64,000 nt of DNA. It comes from an uncultured Alphaproteobacteria bacterium (GTDB taxonomy: Bacteria; Pseudomonadota; Alphaproteobacteria; Rhodobacterales; Rhodobacteraceae). A program made the position numbers and the translations under genes. The notes under the pieces were generated by a model, which was given only the letters and a program-made list of their open reading frames with translations, made no database searches and had not been told where the DNA came from. Each line of letters starts with the position of its first letter. Position 1 is the stretch's first letter. Shown here piece by piece: positions 40,321-50,629 of this stretch. The stretch covers positions 43,510 to 107,509 of the forward strand of contig CAWFEG010000004.1 of the NCBI GenBank assembly GCA_963814835.1, written 5' to 3'.

Positions 40321-40699
40321 GTGCTCGGACACTAACGAGCTACCACCACATACGGGTGATGCGGCCTTAGAAAGCGGCTTCTCGGGAAGGGTTCTGGAGC
40401 CTGCCGGAACCTGTGACGAGAGCGATACGCCGGGACAGAAGATGCCGAGGTCATCCCGCTGCGTCAGCCACATTCTGGGGAGGATCCTCTGACCGGGATC
40501 GCTCGTGAAGGAGCCCGCCGGATGCCGGCGGCGGCGGTGCGGACAGAGGCGGATGCCCTTGGTGCTGAACCGGCCGGGAGCGCTTGACCGACGGGCGCCG
40601 GCAAGTGGTGGGACCCCCGCCACGGGCCCAAGCGGATGATCCAGACCGGTATCGGTGGCTTGGCGGTACGGCGGTCGAAGATCCGTGTCCGGGCCAAGG

Positions 40700-41535
40700 G
40701 ACCATCATAGAGTAGGGTTAAGACTCACCACAAGAACATGACGGTTGCGGCGATGCGGATGGCGGAGAGCAACAGTTCTCCGGATCTGTCGCAGCAGGTA
40801 GCGATCCGGCACCAGTCCGTGAGCCGAGCGAACAGGTTCTCGATCCGGTGACGCCGCTTTTTTGGAGCCTGAGGTCATGGCAGGCAGGAACCTTGCGGCC
40901 GCGCCAGGCTGGAATGCAGGCGTCGATCCGCTTGTCTTAAAGGGCTCTGCGGAACCTAGCGGCGTCGTACCCCTCGTCGGCCAGCAGTACCTTGGCGGGC
41001 GGCAGAGCTTGGAGCAGCGCCAGAGCGCCCTTTGCGTCACTCATCTGACCGGGCGACAGGAAGAAAGTTAGACGCCGCCCCGCCCGTCGCAGACCATGTG
41101 CAGCGTCGAGTTCAGCCCGCCCTTTGTCCGTCCGATGGCCCGCGTCCGAGGCCACCTTTTGAGAGGCTTGCCACCGTGCGGTGAGCCATGAGGTGGCTGC
41201 TGTCGATCATGATCATGTCGCCATCCGGCCCCGGCTGCGCGAGCTCAAGAAAATCCCGGCGAGCACCCCCATGCGCGACCAGCGGACGAACCGGTTGTAG
41301 AGCGTTTTGGCAGGGCCATAGACAGATTGCGCGTCCTTCCACTGCAACCCGTTCTTCTTGAGTTGGATTATCCCGCTCAGAACCTGCCGGTCATCGACCC
41401 GAGGCTTGCCTCGGGGCTTGGGAAAGAACGGTTGCAGCCGCCCCATCTGCTCGTCGGTTAGCCAGAAATGTCCGCTCATCATGCCCCCTCAGTTCGGGAG
41501 CTTGAATCACGCTGCCAAGACCCCCTTGCTGTGAC
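40700..41535 (-). mobile_element. IS427-group IS5 element, degenerate
   Basis: MMSGHFWLTDEQMGRLQPFFPKPRGKPRVDDRQVLSGII..., IGRTKGGLNSTLHMVCDGRG, LLADEGYDAARFRRAL spread across several frames. Ends approximate. Confidence 0.7.
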
Positions 41536-42276
41536 CCCCGATCTTCATCCACCCGAAGCCGGAGCCTGGCGGTCAGCGTGGCGCGATAGCCACGGCGGTC
41601 CCCCGTCTGGAGACCCCTCTACCGGTCCTGTACCTGCACAGGGTCTCCACCCGGGACCTGCAGGAAGCCTTGTCGGCTCTGCTCGAGGAGACCGGGATCG
41701 ACCTGTCGTCCGGATGCTGTCGCGACTGACCGGGGAGCGGGAGGGCGACGGCCGACGCCGGCAAACCCCGCGATCTCTCCGCGCGGCGATATGTCCGCGT
41801 CTGGGGGCACGGAGTCTAATCTCCAAGCGCGCAAGGAGCCGCATGCCGGGTGGATTCTGGCGATGATCGGGGCAGCGCCGGAGGGGAAGAAAGAACTCTT
41901 CGGTTTCCAGATCGGCATGGTCGAAAGCGCCCAGAGCCGGCGCGAGTTCCTGATCGATATCAGGGCGCGTGGTCCGAGAGTGGCACCCGAGATCGCCGTG
42001 GGTGACGAAGCGCTCGGCTTCTGGAAGGCTCTCGACGAGGGGTTCCCCCGGTACGCGGCATCAGCGCTGTTGGGTCCCCATGACCTCGAACGTCCTCAAT
42101 TACGTACCAAAGTCGATCCAGCCCGCGGTCAAATCCGACCTCCGCAAGCTCTGGCAGGCGGAGACCCGTGCCGCCACCGTGACCGCAATGGATGTCGCGC
42201 CGAGAAGGTCGCAAGATGCCTGAGCAAGGACCGCGAGTCCTTGCTGGCCTTCTACGACTTCCCGGCGGAGCACTAA

Positions 42277-43173
42277 GAGCGCCTAGCAGAACCGGTGGAT
42301 CTGCTTGATGCAGATGAGGACTGCGGCGAGGGTGCTGAAGGCTTTGTGGAGGTCCGCGCGACGCTCGTAGCGAGTGGCGAGGCGTCGAAACCAGGCGAGT
42401 CAGGCGAAGGTTCGTTCCACGACCCAGCGATGGCGCCCGAGATGGGCGGAACTCTCGATGCGCTTGCGGGCGATGCGAGGCATGATGTTCCGGGCGCGGC
42501 ACGCCATGCGACATCGCCGGCTGTCGTAGGCCTTGTCGGCGTGCAGCTTGTCTGGGCGCTTTCGGGGCCGCCCCCGACCGCCGGGGCGCACGCCCGGCAC
42601 GGCATCGAGGACGGGCGCCAGCGCCATGCTGTCATGACGGTTCGCTCCGGTGGGGATCAGGCCGAGCGGTGTGCGTTCGCCATGGATCTCGAACCGATGC
42701 GACCCATGGCTCACCGGTCGGTGACGATGTGGCGCTTCGTCCCCGGCTTGCCCCTGTCCGTCGGGCTTGGCCCCGTTGCGGCACCCCCCCTTTCGGGCCC
42801 GATCGAAGCGCTGTCGATCGAGGCGCGCGACCGGTCGATCTCCCCTGCCTGATGCAGCCGTTCCAGAAGCACCCGGTGCAGGTGGCCCCGCACCTCGGCT
42901 TGCTGCCAGTCCCGCATCCTGCGCCAGCACGTCATTCCGGAACAGCCGAACGCCTCCCGGGGCAACATCTCCCAGGGAATGCCGGATCTCAGCACGAACA
43001 CGATGCCCCGCAGCGCATCGCGATCGCTGCATCGGGTCCGGCCGCCTCTCGGCTTCGCGGGCTCCTGGGGGAGAAGCGGCGCGATCGCCGCCCAGAGATC
43101 GTCGGATACAAGCTCGCCTCGTGCCATGCCGGAACAACGCGAGCGGCCCCAAGAGAGGTTCTGTTAGGCGCTC
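42277..43173 (-). mobile_element. nested IS5-family element (897 bp) with a target duplication
   Basis: Inverted repeats GAGCGCCTAGCAGAACC / GGTTCTGTTAGGCGCTC flanked by TAA (or CTAAG) on both sides, inside the IS256-type gene. The transposase is broken by the 38-nt insertion and a TGG-to-TGA change. Confidence 0.85.
42676..42713 (-). repeat. type-1 palindromic mini-insertion (38 nt)
   Basis: rc = TGAGCCATGGGTCGCATCGGTTCGAGATCCATGGCGAA. Its first TGA terminates orfA. Removal joins KRHIVTDR to RTPLGLIPTGANRHDSM in frame. Confidence 0.8.
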
Positions 43174-43532
43174 TAAGACCACCTGCGCACCGCCGACCCG
43201 ATCGAAAGCGTCTCCGCCACGGTCAGGCTTCGCACCGTCCGGACCAAGAGCGCGCTGTAGCAGAAGATCGCTGACCTCGTGGTCTAGATGCTCATCCAGG
43301 CGGCCTCTAATGGATGGCTCCCCCTAAAAGGCTCCAGTCAGTTGGCAATGGTCGTCGAGGGCTTCAGAATCACCGACGGCACCGCCGAGATCGGCGACGC
43401 CAGCCGCGTTACTTGGTCAGGGCGCGTCACCCAAATTCAGCCATTAGCTCTCTCAGCCTGTCCCCGCATCGTTCGTCGGCTCACGCGGCGCCACTGCCGC
43501 CACGATCTGCCGCACCATCTTTCATGCGCTGC

Positions 43533-43800
43533 TTAACGAACGGCGTCATGTAGACTGACGGGAGGAGACGAACCACGTGCCCCAGCCTTTGGATCTCCCG
43601 TCCCCCGGAGATTGGCGCCGCCGCAGGCTTTCATCACAATCACGCATGTGGGAAGGCGGCCGAGGAAATCGAGAACCTTCTCCCGTCTCAGCTTCTTGCG
43701 GAGCACGACGTGCCGGGCGCTGTCAGCCCCGTCCAGTTGGAGAACACCCTTCAAGAGATCGAAACCGAACGCGGTAATCCCCGAGATGACCGGCCTCCTT
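43533..43800 (-). mobile_element. IS110-family transposase N-terminal fragment
   Basis: VVLRKKLRREKVLDFLGRLPTCVIVMKACGGA... matches the N-terminal RuvC-like region of IS110 transposases. Confidence 0.55.
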
Positions 43801-44249
43801 TGTGGATCGTTATTGACCCGTTGGCAGATTGATGCCGCCGGCAGGCGGTCATATCGTCATCGCCTCACATGACGGTCGTTCATCCGCGCGCAACAGAGGA
43901 ACGTGACACGATCTGAGATTTCACGGGCTGATCGAAACCATGAAAGGCGGCAAGATGGGAGTAGAGCGGACATCTCGACATCTACGATCGCGAGGTGGAA
44001 GCGTTGCTGGCCGATCGCGAGCTCACTACACCTGTCGCTCCCGGGAAGCAGCCCCGCGCGGTTCGGGCACATCGGCATCGCGCCGAGAACCGGCCCGGTT
44101 GGATCTATCCATGGCGCAAGCTCAAACGCCGAAAGAAGATCCGCCGGATGCTGGAAGGGCACTAGCGCCCCCGCGCGGCGCTGAGCGCAACCGCCCGACC
44201 TGGTTCCCGCGGCCGGACCTTGAACCCGGCCCCGCCTCGGCCGCCGTCA

Positions 44250-45405
44250 TCAGCGGGGTAGTGCCAGCTTTGCCCCGTCAATGTCGGCCATGATTTTCAA
44301 GTACTGCTCCGCGATGCGGCGCCAGGAATAGCGCGCGGCGTGGGTAAGGCCGGTGCGAACCTGCGCCAATCGCAAATCGCTGTCGCGGAAGAGCCGTTCG
44401 ACCTGATCCGCCCAGGCGGAGGGGTCGTCCGGGCTGGCATAGAGCGCCGCCGAACCGCAGATCTCGGGCAGGCAGGGCGCGGGCGCGCAGACGACCGGGC
44501 ATCCGCAGGCCATCGCCTCGACCGCGGGCAATCCGAACCCCTCCATCCGCGAGGGGAACAGGAAGCAGACCGCTCCTTGGAGGGCCTGCCTGAAGTCGTC
44601 GTCGCTTATCCGGCCAAGCAGGCGGATATTGGGCGGCGCCGTCTCGGAATATTGCGCGACCATTCCCTCGTCCGCCTCTCCCGCCAGCCACAGGTCCAGT
44701 CCCAGGCGGTCCAGCAGGGGCGCGAGACGCACGAGAAGATCGGGGCTCTTGTGCCACTGCGTTCCGGCCCAGGGCCAGGGCGTAGGGGCGGCTCGCCGCA
44801 GCCAGGCTGGACCGGGCGGCATCCCAGCGCTCGGCATGATCGCTGCCGTTATAGGTGACGGTGATCTTGTCGCTCCCGGCGATACCGCCGCGCACCAGAT
44901 GATCGCGCGAGAACGACGAGACCGTCGTGATATGAGCGGCCCGCCGACCGAGGATCGGCAGGATGAGGTCATGGGCCAGGCGGAACCCGCGGCTGTAGCT
45001 TTCGGGTACGAGCCGCGTATGCAGATCGTGTATGCAGACGATCTGTCGACGGACCGCGATCGGGGCGAGATTGCAGAAGCTCAGCAGGCCGCCGCGGACA
45101 TGACGGGGCAATTGCAGTTGGACCCAGACCTGTGGCAAGCGCGGACGCTTGAACTCGGGCAGGATCTCCAGCCTCAGCGCATGCAGCGCCAACGGTTCCA
45201 CGCCCGCCTTCGGCGCGACGATCGCCAGGTCGAGACCCTCCGCGAGAGGATGCGACTCGGCAATCAGCAGATCCAGCGCAAGCGTGACCTCCCTCGCGTA
45301 TCGGGCCACGCCGTTCGGCTGCAACGCCAGAAAATCGCCGTTTATCGTCCATTTGCGGCGCGCATCGGGACCGTCCCCGGCGGCGGCGCGGGGCGGGGGG
45401 GGCAT
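44250..45405 (-). pseudogene. GT4-family glycosyltransferase with one frameshift near 44765-44775
   Basis: N-terminus WTINGDFLALQPNGVARYAREV...RPYALALG in one frame. HKSPDLLVRL...FLFPSRMEGFGLPAVEAMACGCPVVCA... in another. Could be a base-call error. Confidence 0.7.
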
Positions 45406-45524
45406 GCTTTCGGATCGAACGCTGGACCGGCCCGAGGCCGCCGTTCCGGTTCCGGCCATGCGCGATGAAGCCGCCATCCGACGGGTCGCCGGCCAGCCGC
45501 CGAGGCCTCCGGGACTTTCACCGA

Positions 45525-46505
45525 TCATGTCGCGCCCCGCCGCAGCGCCTCGGCGATCACGCTGGGGGCACGGCGGACGGCGCTCCGCCCCGGCCGAAGG
45601 TGCCAGACGGGCGGTGGCGCCGGCCAGCCTGCGCTATTGCGCCGGGCGAACGCGAAGAGCGCCGTCGCCTGCGCCCTCCTGCCGCGAACCAGATGCGACA
45701 GTCCCGACCAGTATCCCCACGCGGCCAGCCGCCGGTGCACGCTCGCCTGAAGTCGGTCGGCTCCGCGGAGCCCGGCGCCCTCGTTCGCGAAGAAGCTGGC
45801 GAACACGTCCTCTCGCTCCATCAGGTCGCGGAGCCGGTCCTGCCAGATCGACCGCGAGATGCTGCCGCCGTGCAAACCCGTCACCACCAACGGTGCGGAG
45901 AGTTCCGCCACCGCGCCTTGGCAGGCCAGCCGCAGGGCCATCTCGAGATCGTCCATGAGCGGCAGCGACCTGCGATAATGGCCGGCTGCCTTTTGCGCCG
46001 AGGTTCGGACCAGCATCGCGTTCGCGGTGATGTCCACGCCGATCACCCGGCAGCATCGCGCGACGAAGTCGCGGGACGGGATCATCCGCCCTCCGGTATG
46101 CTCCGGAGGAACCGGTATGAACCCGTCGCGCCAGGGCTCCATCCCGGGTGCGCCGAGTGCGACGGCGGCCTCCGGGTGCCGCTCCAGCAAGCCGATCCCG
46201 GTGCGCAACGCTCCCGGCGTAAGAACGTCGTCCGCGCGGAGGATCATCATGTAGTCCGCCGTGGCGAGATCGATGCCTTCGTTGAACGAGCCATGGGAGC
46301 CGACATTCTCTGCGTGGCAGCCGACCTCGATCCTCTCGTCCTCCGCCGCGAGCCGATACGCGACCTCGACGCTGTCGTCGGCCGAGGCATTGTCGATGAT
46401 GATGACCCGCAGCGGCGCGACGCCCTGGGACAGGACACTCCGGACGCACTGGCGCAGCAGATGGCCGTAGTTGCAGCACGAGATCACGACATCGACGCTC
46501 GGCAT
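45525..46505 (-). CDS. GT2-family glycosyltransferase
   Basis: GGGGGAGG RBS. MPSVDVVISCCNYGHLLRQCVRSVLSQGVAPLRVIIIDNASADDS... and ILRADDVL (DxD-like). Confidence 0.8.
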   Translation of the reverse strand: MPSVDVVISCCNYGHLLRQCVRSVLSQGVAPLRVIIIDNASADDSVEVAYRLAAEDERIEVGCHAENVGSHGSFNEGIDLATADYMMILRADDVLTPGALRTGIGLLERHPEAAVALGAPGMEPWRDGFIPVPPEHTGGRMIPSRDFVARCCRVIGVDITANAMLVRTSAQKAAGHYRRSLPLMDDLEMALRLACQGAVAELSAPLVVTGLHGGSISRSIWQDRLRDLMEREDVFASFFANEGAGLRGADRLQASVHRRLAAWGYWSGLSHLVRGRRAQATALFAFARRNSAGWPAPPPVWHLRPGRSAVRRAPSVIAEALRRGAT

Positions 46506-46810
46506 GGCGAGACCTCCCCCATCAGTATCGGCGGCGGGGCCACTCCGGCCCGCCAGCACGCGGCGAATCGATGTCGGGACCATGCGACCGGCCGCGCCCG
46601 ACCCTAGGGCCGTCGCGCCACGGCCCCGCCTCCCTCGATAGGCGTAAGCGGCGCGTGACATTCCCAACTCGGTCGCCTCCGACCAGAGGCCCGGCCCGGA
46701 TCGGCGCGGGTGGCTACGCCGAATGCGTCGCTCCGCGGCGCGCGGGTTCCGGTCAGGGTGAGGCCGAGGCATCGCGGCACGGACGTCGCGGCAAATCGCG
46801 GAGGGTGATC

Positions 46811-48019
46811 GTGCGATCCCGCTGGGCCATCAATGGCCGTTTCCTGTCGCAGCCGACCACCGGAGTGCAGCGCGTCGCCTGCGAGGTCGTGCGCGCGTTG
46901 GACGCCCTCATCGGAAGCGACCCGGCGCTGGAGCGATCCCTGTCGCTGGAACTCGTCCTGCCTCCCGACGCCGCGATGCCCTGGAGGCTCGACGCCATCC
47001 CGCATCGCCGCGCGGGGCGCGTGCGCGGGCACGCATGGGAGCAGGGCGTCCTGCCCGCCCACGCGCCCGGCGGCCTGTTGAGCCTGTGCAATACCGGCCC
47101 GCTTCTGCACCGCAAACAGATCGTCTGCATCCACGATGCCACCACCCGGTCGTCCCCGGACAGCTACACGTTCGGCTTTCGCGCGCTCTATCGTGTCCTG
47201 CTGCCGATGCTCGGACGCAGGGCCCGCGCGGTCACCACGGTGTCGTCCTATTCCGCGCGGGAGATTCGCCGCCTGGGCATCCGCCCGTCCGGTTCCATCA
47301 GGGTCGTCCCGAACGGGCACGAACATGCCATCCGGTGGAGTCCCGCCCATTCGGACCGAACCCGGGCCGTGGCGGGGCGCGACACCGTCGTTGTGATCGG
47401 CAGCCCGGCGCCGCACAAGAATATCGGCCTTCTCCTCGGAATTTCCGAACGTCTCGAAGCGGCCGGCATCCGGCTGGCGGTGGCAGGCGGGGTCGATCCG
47501 CGTGTCTACGCCTCCGGTCCCTCGCCGGGTGCCGGCGTGGACTGGCTCGGCCGGATCACCGATGCAGAGATGGCGGCCCTCCTGCAGGACAGCCTGTGCC
47601 TTGCCTTTCCGTCGCTGACGGAGGGCTTCGGCATGCCGCCGCTCGAAGCGATGGCTCTGGGCTGCCCCACCATCGTCAGCGACCGGGCAAGCCTGCCGGA
47701 AATCTGCGGCGACGCCAGCCTCTATGCCCCGGCCTCCGATCCCGAGGCCTGGTTCTCGCGGATCTGCGAGTTGCGGCACTCGCACGCCCTGCGTCAGGAT
47801 CTGGCCGGGCGCGGAAAGGTGCAGGCCGCCAGGTTCCGCTGGTCGGATGCGGCCGCGGCCTATCTGGAGATCATGGCGTCGCTCGACGGCCAGGCGAAAC
47901 CGGCGGCGGCCCGGCCCCGGATCGCCCGACCCGGGGCGTCGCCATGCGAGCCGGTATCGCGGCCCGCCGCCAGAATCGCGCCCCTGCCGGAGTCGGCGCG
48001 CGCCCCGGGCGGAGCCTGA
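46811..48019 (+). CDS. GT4-family glycosyltransferase
   Basis: GTG start 6 nt after GGAGG. RSRWAINGRFLSQPTTGVQRVA... and PSLTEGFGMPPLEAMALGCPTIVSD (E-x7-E region). Confidence 0.8.
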   Translation: MRSRWAINGRFLSQPTTGVQRVACEVVRALDALIGSDPALERSLSLELVLPPDAAMPWRLDAIPHRRAGRVRGHAWEQGVLPAHAPGGLLSLCNTGPLLHRKQIVCIHDATTRSSPDSYTFGFRALYRVLLPMLGRRARAVTTVSSYSAREIRRLGIRPSGSIRVVPNGHEHAIRWSPAHSDRTRAVAGRDTVVVIGSPAPHKNIGLLLGISERLEAAGIRLAVAGGVDPRVYASGPSPGAGVDWLGRITDAEMAALLQDSLCLAFPSLTEGFGMPPLEAMALGCPTIVSDRASLPEICGDASLYAPASDPEAWFSRICELRHSHALRQDLAGRGKVQAARFRWSDAAAAYLEIMASLDGQAKPAAARPRIARPGASPCEPVSRPAARIAPLPESARAPGGA

Positions 48020-48220
48020 GCGACCCCGCGGGCCGGTCCTTTCAAGCGCACAGATCGCCGGGAAACCGTTTCCTGCCGATCCCCGCCACGCGCTCGGAGC
48101 GCCAACCCCAGGCGGCAACCGCACGCGCCCGCCTGTTTTTCCCCTGCCGGGCGCTGGGAACCTCGATCCCCCACACAGCCGAGAGGCAACAGGGCCGGGA
48201 TGGCCCGTGGGCGGCCGGAG

Positions 48221-49420
48221 CTAGCCTTCTGCGCAGGCCAGTTGCGCCGCCGCCAGCGACCGGGCAATCATCGCGTCGAACCGGGGCTCCGAGAACCTGC
48301 CCGCGTTGTCCCGGCAGGCGCGGGGCGTGATCGCATGGCCCTCCCGCTCGAACCGCTCCACCGCTTCGCACAGCGCCGCCTGGCTCTGCTTCCGGAACAG
48401 AATGCCGGTCGGGTGTTGCGCCGATTCGAGCGGCCGGACGATATCGACGGCGCCGCCCCGGCCGAACGCGATCAACGGCGTCCCGCAGGCCTGCGCCTCG
48501 GCCAGCGCGATGCCGAAATCCTCGCACCCGGCGAAGACCACGGCACGGGCGCGCGCCACGGCGCGCACGTAGTCGCGCCGTGGCAGATGGCCGAGAAAGG
48601 TGACGTTCGGCCCGGCAAGCGCGCGCAGGTCGCGGTTCGCGCCACCGCCCACCACGAGCAGGCGGCGATGCGGCATGTCAGTGAAGGCCCGAACCACGAG
48701 ATCCGTGCGCTTGTAGGGCGCCTCGAAGCAGGCGGACAGGAAATAGTCATCCTTGTCCTCCACGTAATCCATCGCGTCCACGGCGACCGGGGGATGGACC
48801 ACCTCGGCATCCCGCCCATAGATCCGCCGGATGCGCGACCGGACATAGCTGGAATTGGCGAGCATGAGATCCGGACCGTGGGCGGTTCGGGTATCCCACA
48901 TCCTGAGATTGTGCAGCATGTGCCGGTAGAGGATTCCCTTCGGTCCGTAGTTCAGCCGCCCGCGGTTCAGGTAGGAGAACTGCTCGTCCCAGGCGTAGCG
49001 GACGGGGCTGTGCACATAGCACAGATGCGGCTGGTCCGGACGGGTGATCACCCCGCGGGCGAAGGCCGAGGAGGAGGAGATCACGGCGTCATAGCCCGTG
49101 ACGTCGAACTGCTCGACCAGGAACGGGCAGAGAAAGAACAGGGAGCGGTAGTATCGCTCGACCATGGGCAGCCGGTTGGCGGGCGAGGTGTGGAACGACA
49201 CGCCGCTGAAATACTCCTGTTTCACGTCTTCGGGCAGGAAATCGAACAGGGTGAAGACTTCGGCATTCGGGAACTGCGCGCAGATCCGCGCGACCACCCG
49301 CTCGCCGCCGCGGAAGTTCGGGCACCAGTCGTGCACCACGGCGATCCGCAGGTCGCGCAGGGACGAGGGCGTTGCCGAGGGTGGCGTTGCGCGGCCCGCT
49401 TCGGAGCCGAGGGCATTCAT
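48221..49420 (-). CDS. GT4-family glycosyltransferase
   Basis: LRIAVVHDWCPNFRGGERVV... and CEDFGIALAEAQACGTPLIAFGRGGAVDIV. Confidence 0.8.
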   Translation of the reverse strand: MNALGSEAGRATPPSATPSSLRDLRIAVVHDWCPNFRGGERVVARICAQFPNAEVFTLFDFLPEDVKQEYFSGVSFHTSPANRLPMVERYYRSLFFLCPFLVEQFDVTGYDAVISSSSAFARGVITRPDQPHLCYVHSPVRYAWDEQFSYLNRGRLNYGPKGILYRHMLHNLRMWDTRTAHGPDLMLANSSYVRSRIRRIYGRDAEVVHPPVAVDAMDYVEDKDDYFLSACFEAPYKRTDLVVRAFTDMPHRRLLVVGGGANRDLRALAGPNVTFLGHLPRRDYVRAVARARAVVFAGCEDFGIALAEAQACGTPLIAFGRGGAVDIVRPLESAQHPTGILFRKQSQAALCEAVERFEREGHAITPRACRDNAGRFSEPRFDAMIARSLAAAQLACAEG

Positions 49421-49722
49421 GTCCAGCAATGGTGAACCTCCCCATTTGCCGACGGCCCATCCCGCCGGGTCGCATCGGCAGCAGGCTACCGGCGGCCCTG
49501 GCCTGTCGGAACGACCCAGTTTGTGGCCCGGGCGCACGAATCGCGGAATTTCTAGCCATTCGAGGGCGGGTTCCCTCCGATGGGCAAGGCGCCTACGCCA
49601 AAGCGTCATGGCCCGGGGCCGATGACGTGCGGACCCTACCGAACAACCATGCTGCCCCGGGATCGGCCGCGCCGTATGGTGGGGCGCGCTCGATTGCGAG
49701 TGAGTGCCCCGAGGGGATCGGC

Positions 49723-50586
49723 ATGAAGCTTATTGTCGCCATTCCGACCTACGGTCGGCGCATGCAACTGGAGACGCTGATTCGCTATCTGGCGGAGCAG
49801 ACACGCCTGCCCGACGCGGTCGTGGTCTCGGCGCCGGACAAGTCGCATGTGAGCCTGCCGGAGGACTCCCCCTTTCCGGTGCGCGCCGTCTACGGCCAGG
49901 GACTTTGCGCGCAGCGCAACGCCCTGCTGGCGGAGGCGGCCGATCGCTGCGACATCATCACGTTTCTCGACGACGACTTCGTCCCTGCGAAGGACTACCT
50001 CGCGCGCGTCGAGGTGGCGTTCGAGGCGCCGGAGCAATATTCCGTCGTGATGGGACGCGTCGTGCTGGACGGCATCTCCGGCGCGGGGATCTCCTGGGAA
50101 GACGCGCTGGCGGCACTGGACGAGCCCGACCGCCATCGCGGCCCGGAGGTCGTCGATCACGTGGGCGCCTACGGCTGCAACATGTCGATCCGGACCGCCA
50201 TGATCGGCGATCGGCGGTTCGACGAGCGGCTGGTCCTCTATGGCTGGCAGGAGGACATCGATTTCACCTGTGACCTGAACAAGCTTGGCCGGGTGGTCTG
50301 CGTCACGGCGATCCGCGGCGTGCATCTGGGCCTCAAGGGAGGGCGGATCAGCGGCCTGCGCTTCGGCTATTCGCAGGTCGCCAATCCGATCTACCTGATC
50401 CGGAAGGGCTCGGTCCCGGCCTCCTTCGCGCTGCCGTTGATGATCCGCAACCTGGCGGCCAATCTCGTGAAGAGCCTCCGCCCGGAGACCCATGTCGACC
50501 GGCGCGGGCGCCTGCGGGGCAACTGGATCGCGATCCTGGACGTGCTGAGGGGCCGGATCGAGCCGGAACGGATCCTCGACCTCTGA
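49723..50586 (+). CDS. GT2-like glycosyltransferase
   Basis: GAGGGGA RBS. MKLIVAIPTYGRRMQLETLIRYLAEQT... and FLDDDFVP (DxD). Confidence 0.75.
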   Translation: MKLIVAIPTYGRRMQLETLIRYLAEQTRLPDAVVVSAPDKSHVSLPEDSPFPVRAVYGQGLCAQRNALLAEAADRCDIITFLDDDFVPAKDYLARVEVAFEAPEQYSVVMGRVVLDGISGAGISWEDALAALDEPDRHRGPEVVDHVGAYGCNMSIRTAMIGDRRFDERLVLYGWQEDIDFTCDLNKLGRVVCVTAIRGVHLGLKGGRISGLRFGYSQVANPIYLIRKGSVPASFALPLMIRNLAANLVKSLRPETHVDRRGRLRGNWIAILDVLRGRIEPERILDL

Positions 50587-50629
50587 CCACCATTTCCACG
50601 CAAGAGACCCGGACATCGCGCAGAACCAC

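Larger units (their letters stand above)
41540..43450 (+). mobile_element. second IS256-family type, 5'-truncated, degenerate, split by a nested IS
   Basis: LPVLYLHRVSTRDLQEALSALLEE, ILAMIGAAPEGKKELFGFQIGMVESAQS, FYDFPAEH | DHLRTADPIESVSATVRLRTVRTKSAL*. In-frame TAGs. Right end approximate. Confidence 0.7.

Noticed and set aside
40321-40699. Group II intron 5' fragment (starts GTGCT, GC-rich and structured-looking).
   Set aside because: The start does not match GUGYG, no domain V-like GAGCCGTAT...ACGGTTC motif is present, and there is no reverse-transcriptase ORF nearby.
1119-43290. Most in-frame premature stops in the pseudogenes are amber (1119-1121, 23410-23412, 38277-38279, and two in the IS256-type remnant near 43255-43290). 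I considered stop-codon reassignment or suppression.
   Set aside because: With GC-rich third positions, single-base changes from common codons (CAG, GAG, TCG, TGG, TAC) give TAG far more often than TGA or TAA. A TGG-to-TGA nonsense codon is also present (about 42400). Ordinary decay explains the pattern.
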